Shown: piece after piece, positions 29,956 through 40,588 of the stretch
Numbering within the stretch: the stretch's first letter is position 1
How the letters are laid out: the number at the start of each line of letters is the position of its first letter
Assembly: GCA_045545875.1 (NCBI GenBank)
Contig: JAZQBS010000123.1
Span: 3,112 to 67,111, forward strand
Reading direction: 5' to 3'
Length of the DNA: 64,000 nt
Origin: Bacteroidales bacterium
GTDB taxonomy: Bacteria > Bacteroidota > Bacteroidia > Bacteroidales > UBA3663
Notes under the pieces: generated by a model
Databases searched by the model: none
What the model saw: only the letters and a program-made list of their open reading frames with translations
What the model was told of the DNA's origin: nothing
Translations under genes and position numbers: made by a program

Positions 29956-31680
29956 CTATCGGATTCCATACGCATTCAGCGTATCATAATTGTTGGCAAG
30001 ATTATGCCAATCAATACGGCTCGAAGTAGGTATGCCATTGATCCACTTTTCGATGTTGGTGTAGCCATCTCCGTTGATGTCACCATTGGCATCACTGGGG
30101 TCATTGGGATTGAGACCATTGGCTTTCTCCCACTCGTCGGGCATGCCATCGCCATCGGTATCCTGGCGAGGTTCTCCCTTGTATTCTGGATAACCGCCCA
30201 TCTGCTTAGGATCAACAATGATGCCGAGCTTGTAGCTGTCCCTGCCCATTCGGCGGAACTTGAACGATCCATCCTCAGCCTGCGACTTGGGCGAAAGACC
30301 CGACACATCGCCTTGATACGATTCCGCATCCGCAACATAATAAGGAGTCTTGGTACGTACCTCCTCGATGATACGCTCATCGACTATGTCACGACAAGGA
30401 ACAGTGGCTCCGGCGTGTTGCAGTACGTAGTCATATGCCTCCTGGGCTGACAAGATATGCAGGAAAGGCATAGCAGCGGGACGAGTCTGACGCATGTACG
30501 ACTCATGGCCATCGCAACCGTCATTGTCTTCCACCTGGATGCCTCCCGCCCAGTTGTCGGCTGTAATGGCAGGGAAACCTTCCATTATATTACCTTCGGC
30601 AAATACGCGGCCATAGACATGATGATCGAGTTTCGAACGTCCTGACTCTGGCTTCAGGATGCGGTGACTGATGGGGCCTTCGGTTGGCGTAGCCGGACCC
30701 GGACGATAGTAGTTGTTGATGAAGTTGAACTGCGCCGAGTAGTCGCCGCCATCGGCTGTGCGATGTACCCAGTTATAGACTACATTGTTGACAAAGTTGA
30801 AGATGCCGTTCCAGCCGATCGATGGATTACGCCCACAGTTCGAAGCCCACAAGTTACGGATGAATGCTGCATTCTCACCACCCAATGTCGAACCGAAAGC
30901 GTGATTGTAGGTATCGAGCGCCTTCGCCGAAATGGTGTTCTGAATGGTCACATTCACCGTGGGATACTTATAGGGCGTGGTCTTGTACTGTCCCTCCGAT
31001 TCGTCATACATGTGACGATAGAACGAAATGTTCTCGTCCAGTCCCCACTCGCATGAGCAGTGGTCGATCATAATATTTCCTACGGGATTACCGCCAAACG
31101 AATCCTCGCGATGTTCCACACCCGTTTCACCACGACGGAAACGCATGTGACGAACTATGACGTCGTGTGTATTGACTGCAAACGATTCTCCAGCAATGCA
31201 GACACCATCGCCAGGGGCTGTCTGTCCGGCTATGGTGATGTAGGGAGCCTGCACATTGATGGGAGTCTCCAAGCGGATGACACCGGCAACGTTGAAGACC
31301 ACAATTCTCGCGCCACCTGCCTCACAAGCCTCACGGAAAGAACCTGGTCCACGGTCGTTGAGGTTCGTTACAACATAAACCTTGCCACCACGACCTCCGA
31401 AAGTGTACATACCCCCGCCTTCGGCACCAGGGAATGCCGGGATATCGGCCTGTGGCAGATCGTAAGGACGATGTGCCCACTTGACATAGGGACGACCTTC
31501 GCGCGCTTCCTCCTCGATGATGGGGAGCGCCTTTTGCCATGCGATATTCGACATGGAATCCTCATACTGGGCCTTCGCTGCCCATCGGGCATTGGCTTCG
31601 CTCGTCACTTGAGGATACTGAGCTCGCAGACCCAAGGAACAGACTGACAAGACAAGTGTCAGAAATAATGTGCGTTTCAT
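29956..31680 (-). CDS. Pectate lyase, PL1 (BT1023-like)
   Basis: PAFPGAEGGG.YTFGGRGG, TIAGQTAPGDG, IDHCSCEWGLDE, RNPS, DTDGDGMPDEWE. Confidence 0.9.
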   Translation of the reverse strand: MKRTLFLTLVLSVCSLGLRAQYPQVTSEANARWAAKAQYEDSMSNIAWQKALPIIEEEAREGRPYVKWAHRPYDLPQADIPAFPGAEGGGMYTFGGRGGKVYVVTNLNDRGPGSFREACEAGGARIVVFNVAGVIRLETPINVQAPYITIAGQTAPGDGVCIAGESFAVNTHDVIVRHMRFRRGETGVEHREDSFGGNPVGNIMIDHCSCEWGLDENISFYRHMYDESEGQYKTTPYKYPTVNVTIQNTISAKALDTYNHAFGSTLGGENAAFIRNLWASNCGRNPSIGWNGIFNFVNNVVYNWVHRTADGGDYSAQFNFINNYYRPGPATPTEGPISHRILKPESGRSKLDHHVYGRVFAEGNIMEGFPAITADNWAGGIQVEDNDGCDGHESYMRQTRPAAMPFLHILSAQEAYDYVLQHAGATVPCRDIVDERIIEEVRTKTPYYVADAESYQGDVSGLSPKSQAEDGSFKFRRMGRDSYKLGIIVDPKQMGGYPEYKGEPRQDTDGDGMPDEWEKANGLNPNDPSDANGDINGDGYTNIEKWINGIPTSSRIDWHNLANNYDTLNAYGIR

Positions 31681-31704
31681 AAAAGGGGAAAAATTGGTTT
31701 TTGA

Positions 31705-33738
31705 TTACTTGTTCTTCTCTGCGCGGCGTTTCTTCACGTAGTCTGAATACATTTGCTTCCAGTTACGTCCATGTGTGTTGAAGTAGAGCTCGCATTTGTC
31801 CTTGGCAATGCCGAAGATCTCGGAAATCTCCTTCATCGACTTGTAATCGATGGCGGCCTCGCGTGCCTCCTTCAGATATGCCAGGCAGACACTGTCCTCC
31901 TCGGCAGTCATCTCGGGTACAATGTCGTGGTAACCCTTCAATGTGAAGGCCACCTTGCCGATGGTGTATTTGTCGAGCACCTGCTCGACCTGCTCTTCGG
32001 TAAGTTCCCTACGAAGTTGAGCCATGATGCTGTCGTGATAGGCTCGAGGCTGGGCACCATCGGCGATGATATCAAGATCGACGGGGCGCAGACGTTCTCC
32101 TGTGCGAGGATTGATGCCGTGGGGCACTGTGGTCTGACCGGGATGATCGTTATGCCACTTGGTGACTGCCTTGAGATGATTGAAGATATAATTACGAACA
32201 CGCTTGGTCTTCTGTGCATCGCCAAGATTCAACGAAGCAGCCCACTCGTCGGCCTTCTCCTCGAGTCCGGCAGCCCAGCGCAGGTCGAAGTAAAGTTGCT
32301 TGCCGTCCTTGTCGAAGTTCTGCTCCACAAGGTTCTTCACATTGGTCTCGAAGTTGGCGGGAGCCGTTTCACCTGTCGGGTACCAACGGCCCTCGGCATC
32401 CTGAGCACCACCGAAACTGAAAAGCTTGTCGTAGGTCTCGATGGTCACAGGTTCCTCGTTCATATTCTCTGTCGGGAGGTTCCAAACCTCCTGGAAGAAC
32501 GAATAGACGGCGTTGCGTTTCTTGGGCTTGAAGTCGTGGCGTCCATTCTCTTCGAAAAAGAATGACAACTGATCCTGTGCATCATAGAAGCCATAGATGC
32601 GGCGCATATAAGGCTCCTCGATGGTGGGATAGGTGTGGGTCCAGTCGCCATCGTCGCCTATCAGGCGCATAGGCTTAGGTGCAAAAGTGGCAGCAAGTTC
32701 GATGTTGCAGGTTCCTCCCTGGCTATACTGGATGGGCATTCCGCTCTCACAGGGGCAACCTCCATCGAAATGACTGCACACCGAAGCCACGGGACAAAGT
32801 GCCGTGAATCGGTCGTCGATAGTGGCTAAAAGCACGGCGTGTGTACCACCGCCCGAACCACCATTGGCGCCTACACGGGCAGCATCGACGTCACGGCGTG
32901 TCAAGGCATAGTCGAGCAGACGCTCTCCACAAAGTGCCTGATAGGTGTGGGCCAGCGAACTCTGGTGCGCATCCTTGCCCACCTGAAGTTCCGATTCGCC
33001 CCATCCGAAAGTGTCGTAGCTGATGCAGATGGCACCCATGCGGGCCAACGTCGCAAAACGCACCTGCAGATCCTGATTGTAACGACCATCAGCCCAATGT
33101 CCGTTGGGACAGATGATGACGGGATAACGGCCATCGCGTGTCGCAACAGCCTTCTTGGCAATCTTATTGTTGGGCAAATAGATCGAGCCGCACACATAAT
33201 ATCCTGGCAACGTCTCAAGCGCGATGTTCTGCACGGTATAGCCATCATATCGGCGCGGCTTGCCAATAATAGGTTGGATGGGCACACACTTTTCGAGCAA
33301 TGGGTCGATACCGAGGCGCTCGCGCACTTCACGACGCAAAGCCACACGTCGGGCCTCCCACTCCTCCTTGTTGCTATAAAGTGTGTTCAGATAGTTGACC
33401 ATCTTCTCGCCATCCTCGTCAAATCGACGTGGATATTCGTAGGGCTTGATCTTATAGACGCCCTTTCCCTGGTCCCACGCCTTGAAGTCGAAGACCGAAA
33501 GGATATTGCGCAAGGTCTCGTCGAGACTATAAGGACGGATGCGCGAGTCGGCATAGTTCAAGACCAGCCCTGTCGTATCGACATTGTATTTGAAGCGCAC
33601 ACCGAACTGTTGCTCGACACGATCAAGCACCTGGCCCAAAGGGCGTGCCATCTTGTTGTCAGAAGCCATCGGCTGCGCCTGCAGTGCGGCCAACGAGAGG
33701 GTGGAAGCAAAAAGAAGAGATAGTAAGACGGATTTCAT
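31705..33738 (-). CDS. Alpha/beta-hydrolase pectin methylesterase (CE19/BT1017-like) with C-terminal DUF3826 region
   Basis: CPNGHW, nucleophile GGSGGG, SHFDGGCPCESG..GGTCN putative Zn motif, HDF catalytic His, C-terminal LDKYTIGKVAFT..EAREAAIDYK. Confidence 0.8.
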   Translation of the reverse strand: MKSVLLSLLFASTLSLAALQAQPMASDNKMARPLGQVLDRVEQQFGVRFKYNVDTTGLVLNYADSRIRPYSLDETLRNILSVFDFKAWDQGKGVYKIKPYEYPRRFDEDGEKMVNYLNTLYSNKEEWEARRVALRREVRERLGIDPLLEKCVPIQPIIGKPRRYDGYTVQNIALETLPGYYVCGSIYLPNNKIAKKAVATRDGRYPVIICPNGHWADGRYNQDLQVRFATLARMGAICISYDTFGWGESELQVGKDAHQSSLAHTYQALCGERLLDYALTRRDVDAARVGANGGSGGGTHAVLLATIDDRFTALCPVASVCSHFDGGCPCESGMPIQYSQGGTCNIELAATFAPKPMRLIGDDGDWTHTYPTIEEPYMRRIYGFYDAQDQLSFFFEENGRHDFKPKKRNAVYSFFQEVWNLPTENMNEEPVTIETYDKLFSFGGAQDAEGRWYPTGETAPANFETNVKNLVEQNFDKDGKQLYFDLRWAAGLEEKADEWAASLNLGDAQKTKRVRNYIFNHLKAVTKWHNDHPGQTTVPHGINPRTGERLRPVDLDIIADGAQPRAYHDSIMAQLRRELTEEQVEQVLDKYTIGKVAFTLKGYHDIVPEMTAEEDSVCLAYLKEAREAAIDYKSMKEISEIFGIAKDKCELYFNTHGRNWKQMYSDYVKKRRAEKNK

Positions 33739-33779
33739 GTGTGAAAAGAATGGTATAAGAATATGAATAATAAAAGGAA

Positions 33780-33887
33780 GAGCCTTCGGAGTAATCCGAA
33801 TATTCGGAGTATTCTGAGTAATCAGAGTACTCAGAGAACTCCAAGCCTTCGGAGCATTCAGAAAAACTCCGAATACTCCGAAGGCTC
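33780..33887. repeat. Fold-back element of 9-bp TACTCCGAA-type units with perfect 14-bp terminal inverted repeats
   Basis: GAGCCTTCGGAGTA (33780-33793) and TACTCCGAAGGCTC (33874-33887). Confidence 0.85.
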
Positions 33888-33895
33888 AAGGTTTT

Positions 33896-35185
33896 TTACT
33901 TCACTGTGGCGAGGAAGTAGTTCTTCTTGCCCTTCTGGGCCACGAGGTACTTGCCCTGCAGAAGGTCAGCGTCGGTGAGCTGCTGGTCGAAAGCAGCAAG
34001 TTTCTGCTTGTTGACCGAGATGCCACCACCCTGGACGAGTTTGCGGAACTCACCCTTCGAGACACCCATGCCCTCGGCAAGGATATCGACGGCACGACCC
34101 TCGTTGAACACTTCGCGGCTCACCTCGAACGAAGGAACCGATTCGAAGATCTGAAGCAAGGTGGTCTCGTCGAACTGACGGAGCTGCTCGGCACCGCTAT
34201 TCGAGAAGAGCAGTTCGGAGGCGGCTACGGCAAGTTCCCAATCTTCCTGCGAATGTACCATGATGGTCAGTTCCTTGGCCAGACGCTTCTGGAGGGGACG
34301 GAGGTGCGAAGCCTCGGCCTGCTGACGCTCCAGCTCCTCAATCTCTTCGCGCTCGAGCGAAGTGAAGATGCGGATGTAGCGCTTGGCATCGTCATCGGCC
34401 ACGTTGAGCCAGAACTGGTAGAACTTATATGGAGAGGTACGCTTGGGGTCGAGCCATACGTTGCCCTGCTCGGTCTTGCCGAACTTCTTGCCATCGGCCT
34501 TGGTGATGAGGGGGCAGGTGAGTGCAAAAGCCTCGTTGCCGGTCACTTTGCGAATGAGTTCGGTACCCGTGGTGATGTTGCCCCACTGGTCGGCGCCGCC
34601 CAACTGCAATTTGCAGTTCTTGTGCTCGTTGAGGTAGAGGTAATCGTAGCCCTGGAGGAGCTGATAGGTGAACTCGGTGAACGACATGCCTTCGGCACCG
34701 TTCTCGCCGGTGAAACGACGCTTCACCGAATCCTTCGACATCATATAGTTGACGGTGATGAGCTTGCCGATGTTGCGAATGAAGTCAAGGAAGGTGAAGT
34801 CCTTCATCCAGTCGTAGTTGTTGACGAGCTCGGCATGGTTGGGAGCATCGCTCTCGAAATCGAGGAACTTGGCCAGCTGCTTGCGGATGCATTCCTGGTT
34901 GTGACGAAGCATCGGCTCGTCGATGAGCACGCGCTCCTTCGACTTGCCCGAAGGATCGCCTATCATACCCGTGGCACCACCTATCAACGCATACGGTTTG
35001 TGTCCGCAACGCTGGAAATGCCGGAGCATCATCACGCCAACAAGGTGGCCGATGTGCAGTGAATCGGCTGTAGGGTCAATACCGAGGTATGCGGAGGTCA
35101 TCTCCTTCTGAAGCTGTTCTTCGGTGCCAGGCATCATGTCCTGAATCATGCCGCGCCATCTAAGTTCTTCTACGAAATTTTTCAT
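33896..35185 (-). CDS. tyrS: Tyrosine--tRNA ligase
   Basis: [44 protein letters not shown]4 domain GKKNY. Confidence 0.98.
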   Translation of the reverse strand: MKNFVEELRWRGMIQDMMPGTEEQLQKEMTSAYLGIDPTADSLHIGHLVGVMMLRHFQRCGHKPYALIGGATGMIGDPSGKSKERVLIDEPMLRHNQECIRKQLAKFLDFESDAPNHAELVNNYDWMKDFTFLDFIRNIGKLITVNYMMSKDSVKRRFTGENGAEGMSFTEFTYQLLQGYDYLYLNEHKNCKLQLGGADQWGNITTGTELIRKVTGNEAFALTCPLITKADGKKFGKTEQGNVWLDPKRTSPYKFYQFWLNVADDDAKRYIRIFTSLEREEIEELERQQAEASHLRPLQKRLAKELTIMVHSQEDWELAVAASELLFSNSGAEQLRQFDETTLLQIFESVPSFEVSREVFNEGRAVDILAEGMGVSKGEFRKLVQGGGISVNKQKLAAFDQQLTDADLLQGKYLVAQKGKKNYFLATVK

Positions 35186-35346
35186 TTTTTATTGAAGGGT
35201 TATTAAAGAGGAGTAAAAAGGGTTAATAAAGGGGTGTTAAAGGGACAATACTGCAACTTGCGGTTATTTGGGATCCAAGAAAACATCCGTCCCTTAGAAT
35301 CCCTTACTGTCCCTTAGAATCCCTAATAATCCTTATTTAAACGCCG

Positions 35347-35378
35347 CAAAGATAGTACAAATAACGCAAAAAAACAAA
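35347..35378 (-). promoter_or_regulatory. tyrS promoter
   Basis: TTTG-N20-TATCTTTG, implying a leader of about 155 nt. Confidence 0.75.
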
Positions 35379-35488
35379 TTTTTGAACAAAAATAAGCCTA
35401 TTGCATCACTTTTGGTACAAAAAAGTCATTCATTGTCAAATTTATTTTGTATCTTTGTCGCGAAAATTAACTAAAACATTACATTGCT

Positions 35489-36376
35489 ATGAAAAAACTA
35501 CTATCTGCCTTATGCATGCTGATGCTGTGTGTTCCTTCCTTCTCACAGGAGGTCGAGGAAATCCATGTCTATGATGCCATCTCGTTTGTCCATGCCCTGC
35601 GCAGCAACCGCGTCGTCGTGGTGGAAAACAACATCGACTTTGAGAACGAACTCGAGAATCTAGCGAAGTACAACCCCGACGAGATCAAGGTCTATCACGA
35701 ATATGACAAGGGCGATCTGAAGGAACTCGTCAAGATGACCAACTATCCCTATCTCACAGAGGAGAACGATGGTATGCAGCTCAATGTGCGTGAGGTTCAC
35801 AACCTGACCATTCGTGGTCCCAAGGGCACCAAGCCCCTGCTGCGCATCCAGCCCCGCTATGCTTATGTGCTGCGCTTTACCGACAGCGACAATATCCGAC
35901 TCGAGAACCTCGTCATGGGACACACCGAAGGCGGCTACTGCGAGGGCGGCGTTGTTGCGTTCGAAGATTGCCGCGACGTCACGATCGACCACTGCGACCT
36001 CTATGGATGCGGCATGGAAGGCATCAACTTCACCCGCAGCATGGAACTCAAGTTCACCAACAGCATCATCCGCGACTGCACCTATCAGATTATGGACATC
36101 GACACGAGCCGCGACGTGCTGTTCGACAACTGTATCTTCACCCGTAACAAGGAATTCACCCAGCTCATCCTTCGTGGCAGCGTGAACATCCTTTTCCGCA
36201 ATTGCCAGATCCTCAACAACCAGGGGTCGCTCATCAGCGTATCGGCCTGTGAAAATGTCAAGATGGAGAATTGCAACATCAGCCACGACTTCGGCCATCT
36301 TGGCGACATCGAGGATATCGTACTCGAAGGTTGTACCATCTGGGGCAGCTTTGGCGTCAAGGAGGAGAAAGAATAA
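35489..36376 (+). CDS. Secreted right-handed parallel beta-helix protein
   Basis: Signal peptide; repeats NIRLENL, DVTIDHCDL, LKFTNSII, VLFDNCIF, ILFRNCQI; TATCTTTG box at 35450-35457. Confidence 0.8.
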   Translation: MKKLLSALCMLMLCVPSFSQEVEEIHVYDAISFVHALRSNRVVVVENNIDFENELENLAKYNPDEIKVYHEYDKGDLKELVKMTNYPYLTEENDGMQLNVREVHNLTIRGPKGTKPLLRIQPRYAYVLRFTDSDNIRLENLVMGHTEGGYCEGGVVAFEDCRDVTIDHCDLYGCGMEGINFTRSMELKFTNSIIRDCTYQIMDIDTSRDVLFDNCIFTRNKEFTQLILRGSVNILFRNCQILNNQGSLISVSACENVKMENCNISHDFGHLGDIEDIVLEGCTIWGSFGVKEEKE

Positions 36377-36390
36377 AAAAACGCAACATC

Positions 36391-37980
36391 ATGAAGTCAA
36401 GACTATTCAACCTCATCCTGTTCCTCGTGCTCTTTACCTTTGGTGCACAAGCCCAGGTCAAGGGACACGAGTATTACTGCTGGACGGGTTCCCTCGCCAA
36501 GAACATTGACTGCGAGATTCGCATGGAGCACGACAACGACCATCTTGCCCTGGGCGAGATCATCTACTATCGCAAGAAGGGCAACACATCGAGCATCTCG
36601 CTCTACGGCACCGTCAAGCAGACCGGCAAGGGCCTCAACGTCGAGCTCTTCGAGTACCTGCCCAGCGGCAAGAACACCGGCATCATCAGCATCACGATTC
36701 AAAACGGACAGCCCCAGTTCTTTACCTGGAGCAGTCCCGACAGCAAGACACGCTACAATTTCAACCTCAAGGAGACACGCGCCTTCCCCTTCGACGAAGT
36801 GCAAACCTATTTCCAGCCGCTGAAGGAAGGTGATGATGCCGATGGCGTCTATGTCAGCACCAATCGCTTCGATGCTTCTACCTCCCCCTTCACCCGATTG
36901 GAACTGAATCGTACCGGCGATGCCTATTTCGCCCTCAATTTCGTCAACCCTGAGTCCGGAAACTTTCACCAGATGGTAGCTGGGCGGACAAGCGCAAGCC
37001 GCATATATATGCCGTATCACTCCGATTTGCAGCCGATGACGATGGAAGTGCGTCTCTTCCGCAATTTCGTCTATGTTTACGTCATAGCTGACCCTGAGAA
37101 AACATTGAGTAAGATAGGACCAATCAGCAATTTCTATTTCCGGAAGCCCGACGAAAGGATCATCAACTGGCCCGCCTTCAATGGGAATCATTTCGAGAAC
37201 ATCACAGCTGCACGTCTCGTGGATGGTGTGGTCAGCATCTACAACAATCCCGAACTTGTGGTTAGTTCATCCTACTTGCAGGGAGATGACATCATGGCCA
37301 GCAAGGGTTGGGTAAATCTTGAAAAAGTGACACCCGGCGTGAAAGACATCTTCGTTGCCGACATCGGACAGGACACCAACCCCGTGCTTGGCATCCTCAA
37401 CCAGGACGGCACCGTCCAGATTCTCTCGCTCATCAATTCGGCTCCGAAAGGAATCACCTGGGTTTCACGCCCGCTGCCCGACCAGAAGGATATCGTGCGG
37501 TTTGCTTTCACCGACCCCGATGCAGAGGTCGATTATTCGACGTTCTATGGCGTTGACAAGGAAGGAAAGTATCACGAAATATACATCTGCACCCTCGATG
37601 GCGACTGGGAGATGGACAAGGTTGTTCGTGAAGACGGCACTCCAGCAGGTTCCTGGATCTGCATCTCGCCCGAATGGAAAATCGATTTCCACAACGATGT
37701 CAATTCCGACAATGGCGGCTATATCCACAACTACTATGGCACCATCTGGCCCGCCGACGAGAACTTCGAGACCTTCGAATATCACTTCACCGAGCAGAAC
37801 GACAGCCGCGACAAGTTCCAGCAGATGGAATGTGACGTCAAAGGCACATTCAAGGTCGAGATGGAATATGACTCCGAAGAGGAGGCCTTTTTCCTCAAGA
37901 TCACCCCACTCACCGGCTTGAATTTCGAAGTTCCCAAAGGCCAGTCAGGCAAGTTCAAGAAGATTCATGTAGTGGGATAG
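36391..37980 (+). CDS. Secreted hypothetical protein
   Basis: Start moved to MKSRLFNLILFLVLFTFGAQA (signal peptide); host-like codon usage; family not recognised. Confidence 0.75.
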   Translation: MKSRLFNLILFLVLFTFGAQAQVKGHEYYCWTGSLAKNIDCEIRMEHDNDHLALGEIIYYRKKGNTSSISLYGTVKQTGKGLNVELFEYLPSGKNTGIISITIQNGQPQFFTWSSPDSKTRYNFNLKETRAFPFDEVQTYFQPLKEGDDADGVYVSTNRFDASTSPFTRLELNRTGDAYFALNFVNPESGNFHQMVAGRTSASRIYMPYHSDLQPMTMEVRLFRNFVYVYVIADPEKTLSKIGPISNFYFRKPDERIINWPAFNGNHFENITAARLVDGVVSIYNNPELVVSSSYLQGDDIMASKGWVNLEKVTPGVKDIFVADIGQDTNPVLGILNQDGTVQILSLINSAPKGITWVSRPLPDQKDIVRFAFTDPDAEVDYSTFYGVDKEGKYHEIYICTLDGDWEMDKVVREDGTPAGSWICISPEWKIDFHNDVNSDNGGYIHNYYGTIWPADENFETFEYHFTEQNDSRDKFQQMECDVKGTFKVEMEYDSEEEAFFLKITPLTGLNFEVPKGQSGKFKKIHVVG

Positions 37981-38057
37981 AGAATTATAGAATTAGAGAA
38001 TCCTATGGACGAAATTATGACGTATAAAAATAATTCTTAAATTCTCTAATTCTTGAT

Positions 38058-38115
38058 AAAAAAATAAAAAAAACAAGGTGCATCATCGGTCATACGACCT
38101 CGATGATGCACCTTG
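38058..38115 (-). terminator. Intrinsic terminator of the GH95 gene
   Basis: 15-bp stem CAAGGTGCATCATCG (38074-38088)/CGATGATGCACCTTG (38101-38115) with long U-run on the minus strand. Confidence 0.88.
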
Positions 38116-38138
38116 ATTGTATTACGTAATATCAGAGA

Positions 38139-40529
38139 CTATGCCTTGACCTTCACCACCATTCCCGGTGTGGTGTCAATCTCGTAATCGCCATTGTCGA
38201 GCTGCTTCACACCTTGACCGGAAAGTGCGGTCTTGCTGCGAAGAAGGAGCTTGCCGCCAAGCTTCGACTTGATGGTGGACGTGGTGAGCTTGCCGTTCTT
38301 CCAGCTGATGCTGACCTCGAAGCCACCACGGGCGCAGAGACCCGAGATGCTACCCTCCTTCCACGCATCGGGCAAGGCGGGGAGCAGATGAACGAAGCCA
38401 TCCTGGCTCTGCACGAGCATCTCGGCGATGCCGGCTGTTACACCAAAGTTGCCGTCAATCTGGAAAGGTGGATGTGCATCGAAGAGGTTGGGGAAGGTGC
38501 GTCCATCAGGATATTCACGCTCCATGCCCTCGTTGGGAAGGATGCGCAGCATGTTGCTGATGATCTTGAACGCATGGTTGCCATCCTGCATACGCGCCCA
38601 GAAGTTGGTCTTCCAGCCGAGGCTCCATCCCGTAGCCTGGTCGCCGCGCTGTTCGAGCGTCTTGCGAGCTGCGGCAAAGAGCTCGGGAGTACGCGTGGCG
38701 CTGATCTGATTCGACGGATAAAGTCCGTAGAGATGCGAGATGTGACGATGCTGGTCGTTAGGATTGTCGATGTCCTCCAACCATTCCTGCAACTGGCCAT
38801 GCTGGCCCACCTTCATCGGCGGCAGTTGGGCGATAGTCTTTTCGAGCGAGTCCTGATAGGCTGCGTCACGACCGAGGATACGGGCTGCCTGCAGCACATT
38901 GTTCATCACATCGAAGACAATCTGATTGTCCATCGTGCAACCGGCACATAGGTTCGACTTGCGGCCCACGCCACCATGCTCGGGACTAACCGAAGGAACC
39001 ACCACCAGATAACCCGAGTCGGGATGCTGCACAAGGAAGTCGAGGAAGAAGTCGGCCGCACCCTTCATCACGGGGTAATACTCGGCAAGGAACAGCGTGT
39101 CGCGCGTGAATTGATAGTGCTCCCAAAGGTGGGTCGTAAGCCACGCGCCACCTGTGGTGTACATGCCCCACGGCGCTCCATCCACGGGTCCAGCAATGCG
39201 CCAGAGGTCGGTGTTGTGGTGAGCTACCCAGCCCCCGCAACCATACATCACCCGTGCCGTCTTGGCACCCGTTTCGCTCAGGTCGCGAATCATCGCGAAG
39301 AGCGGCTCGGCCGTCTCGCTGAGGTTGCAGACCTCGGCGGGCCAATAGTTCATCTCGGCGTTGATGTTGATGGTGTATTTGCTGTCCCAAGGGGCGTTCT
39401 TCTTGTCGTTCCAGATGCCCTGCAGGTTGGCAGGTTGTCCGTCCTTGCCCCAAGATGACGAGATGAGCAGATAACGTCCGTAGTTGAAGAGCAGCGACAC
39501 CATGCCCAGGTCGGGCACCGAGTCGAGCGTGCCGACATAGGCTGCCAGACGGCTGTCGGTTGGCAGTGCATAGTCGGCGGTATGGTTGCCGAGATTGAGC
39601 TTCACACGATTGTAGAGCCTCTGATAGTTGGCGACGTGACGCGCCAGCAGGTCGTCGTAACTATGGCGACGGGCAGCAGCAAGGCGGCGTGCATTCTTGG
39701 AAGCAGGGTCGCCGCTCACATCGTGGTAGTTCACGTAGTTGGTGGCTGCGCTGATGTAGAGGGTCACCTCAGTGGCTCCATCCACACGGATGCACTGGCG
39801 TCCGTCGATCTCGCGGGTCGAGACCTCGCCATCGCACGAGATTTCGGTGCGGCACTGGGCCGTCAGTTTCGAGACGATGCCTTCGTGATCGACACCATCG
39901 ATGATGGCGATCAATGTGTCACCATCGACCACCGTCTCGTAGTCGTAGTCACACTGATGATCGAGGAAGAAGCTCATTCGTGCGGGTGGTCCGGCCTTGA
40001 AGCGAACCACGATGATGCTGTCGGCCATCGAAGCGAACGCCTTGCGGGTAAATAGGGCATTATCGGCACGAAACGTCACTTCGGCAGTGGCATCCACGAG
40101 ATTGAGCTCGCGTTCATAGTCGGTAATCTCGCCAAGGCTGTCGTTTAGAATCTTCAGACTGCCCAGCGTGAGGTACTTCATGCCGTGGGGACCCACGATG
40201 AATCGGCGATTCACGACTTTCTGGGCTTCGTCTTCACGACCCTGGAAAACCATGTCACGCACAGCATTCAGATAGTAGCGCGACGTCGTGCTGTTGTTGT
40301 CATGAGGCCCTCCGCTCCAGAATGTCTCTTCGTTGAGCTGGATTTCATCCTCCTGCACGCCACCATAGATCATGGCTCCCATGCGGGAATTTCCCAATGG
40401 AAGTGCTTCGAGCCACGTCGTAGCAGGCTCGTCGTACCACAGTCGCTGGTCATTGTCCTTCGGATTGTCTTCGGTACATGCCGACAAAACAAGCGCTCCA
40501 GCTAAAGCCAGAAGTGAAAGCTTCTTCAT
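38139..40529 (-). CDS. GH95 alpha-L-fucosidase/alpha-L-galactosidase (lipoprotein)
   Basis: Lipobox [66 protein letters not shown]. Confidence 0.95.
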   Translation of the reverse strand: MKKLSLLALAGALVLSACTEDNPKDNDQRLWYDEPATTWLEALPLGNSRMGAMIYGGVQEDEIQLNEETFWSGGPHDNNSTTSRYYLNAVRDMVFQGREDEAQKVVNRRFIVGPHGMKYLTLGSLKILNDSLGEITDYERELNLVDATAEVTFRADNALFTRKAFASMADSIIVVRFKAGPPARMSFFLDHQCDYDYETVVDGDTLIAIIDGVDHEGIVSKLTAQCRTEISCDGEVSTREIDGRQCIRVDGATEVTLYISAATNYVNYHDVSGDPASKNARRLAAARRHSYDDLLARHVANYQRLYNRVKLNLGNHTADYALPTDSRLAAYVGTLDSVPDLGMVSLLFNYGRYLLISSSWGKDGQPANLQGIWNDKKNAPWDSKYTININAEMNYWPAEVCNLSETAEPLFAMIRDLSETGAKTARVMYGCGGWVAHHNTDLWRIAGPVDGAPWGMYTTGGAWLTTHLWEHYQFTRDTLFLAEYYPVMKGAADFFLDFLVQHPDSGYLVVVPSVSPEHGGVGRKSNLCAGCTMDNQIVFDVMNNVLQAARILGRDAAYQDSLEKTIAQLPPMKVGQHGQLQEWLEDIDNPNDQHRHISHLYGLYPSNQISATRTPELFAAARKTLEQRGDQATGWSLGWKTNFWARMQDGNHAFKIISNMLRILPNEGMEREYPDGRTFPNLFDAHPPFQIDGNFGVTAGIAEMLVQSQDGFVHLLPALPDAWKEGSISGLCARGGFEVSISWKNGKLTTSTIKSKLGGKLLLRSKTALSGQGVKQLDNGDYEIDTTPGMVVKVKA

Positions 40530-40548
40530 AGTATATAATTGAATCCAA

Positions 40549-40583
40549 CAATTGTTAATTGCTAATTATTCATTGTTAATTGC
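40549..40583. repeat. 7-bp TTAATTG-type micro-repeat tract
   Basis: caattg ttaattg ctaatta ttcattg ttaattg. Confidence 0.75.
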
Positions 40584-40588
40584 TAACT

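Noticed and set aside
33659..33978. ORFs with SEY-type repeats (33659..33889, 33763..33978)
   Set aside because: Translations of the 9-bp intergenic repeat element, overlapping real genes.
35186..35345. T-box riboswitch upstream of tyrS
   Set aside because: No UGGNACC T-box motif or terminator/antiterminator pair seen.
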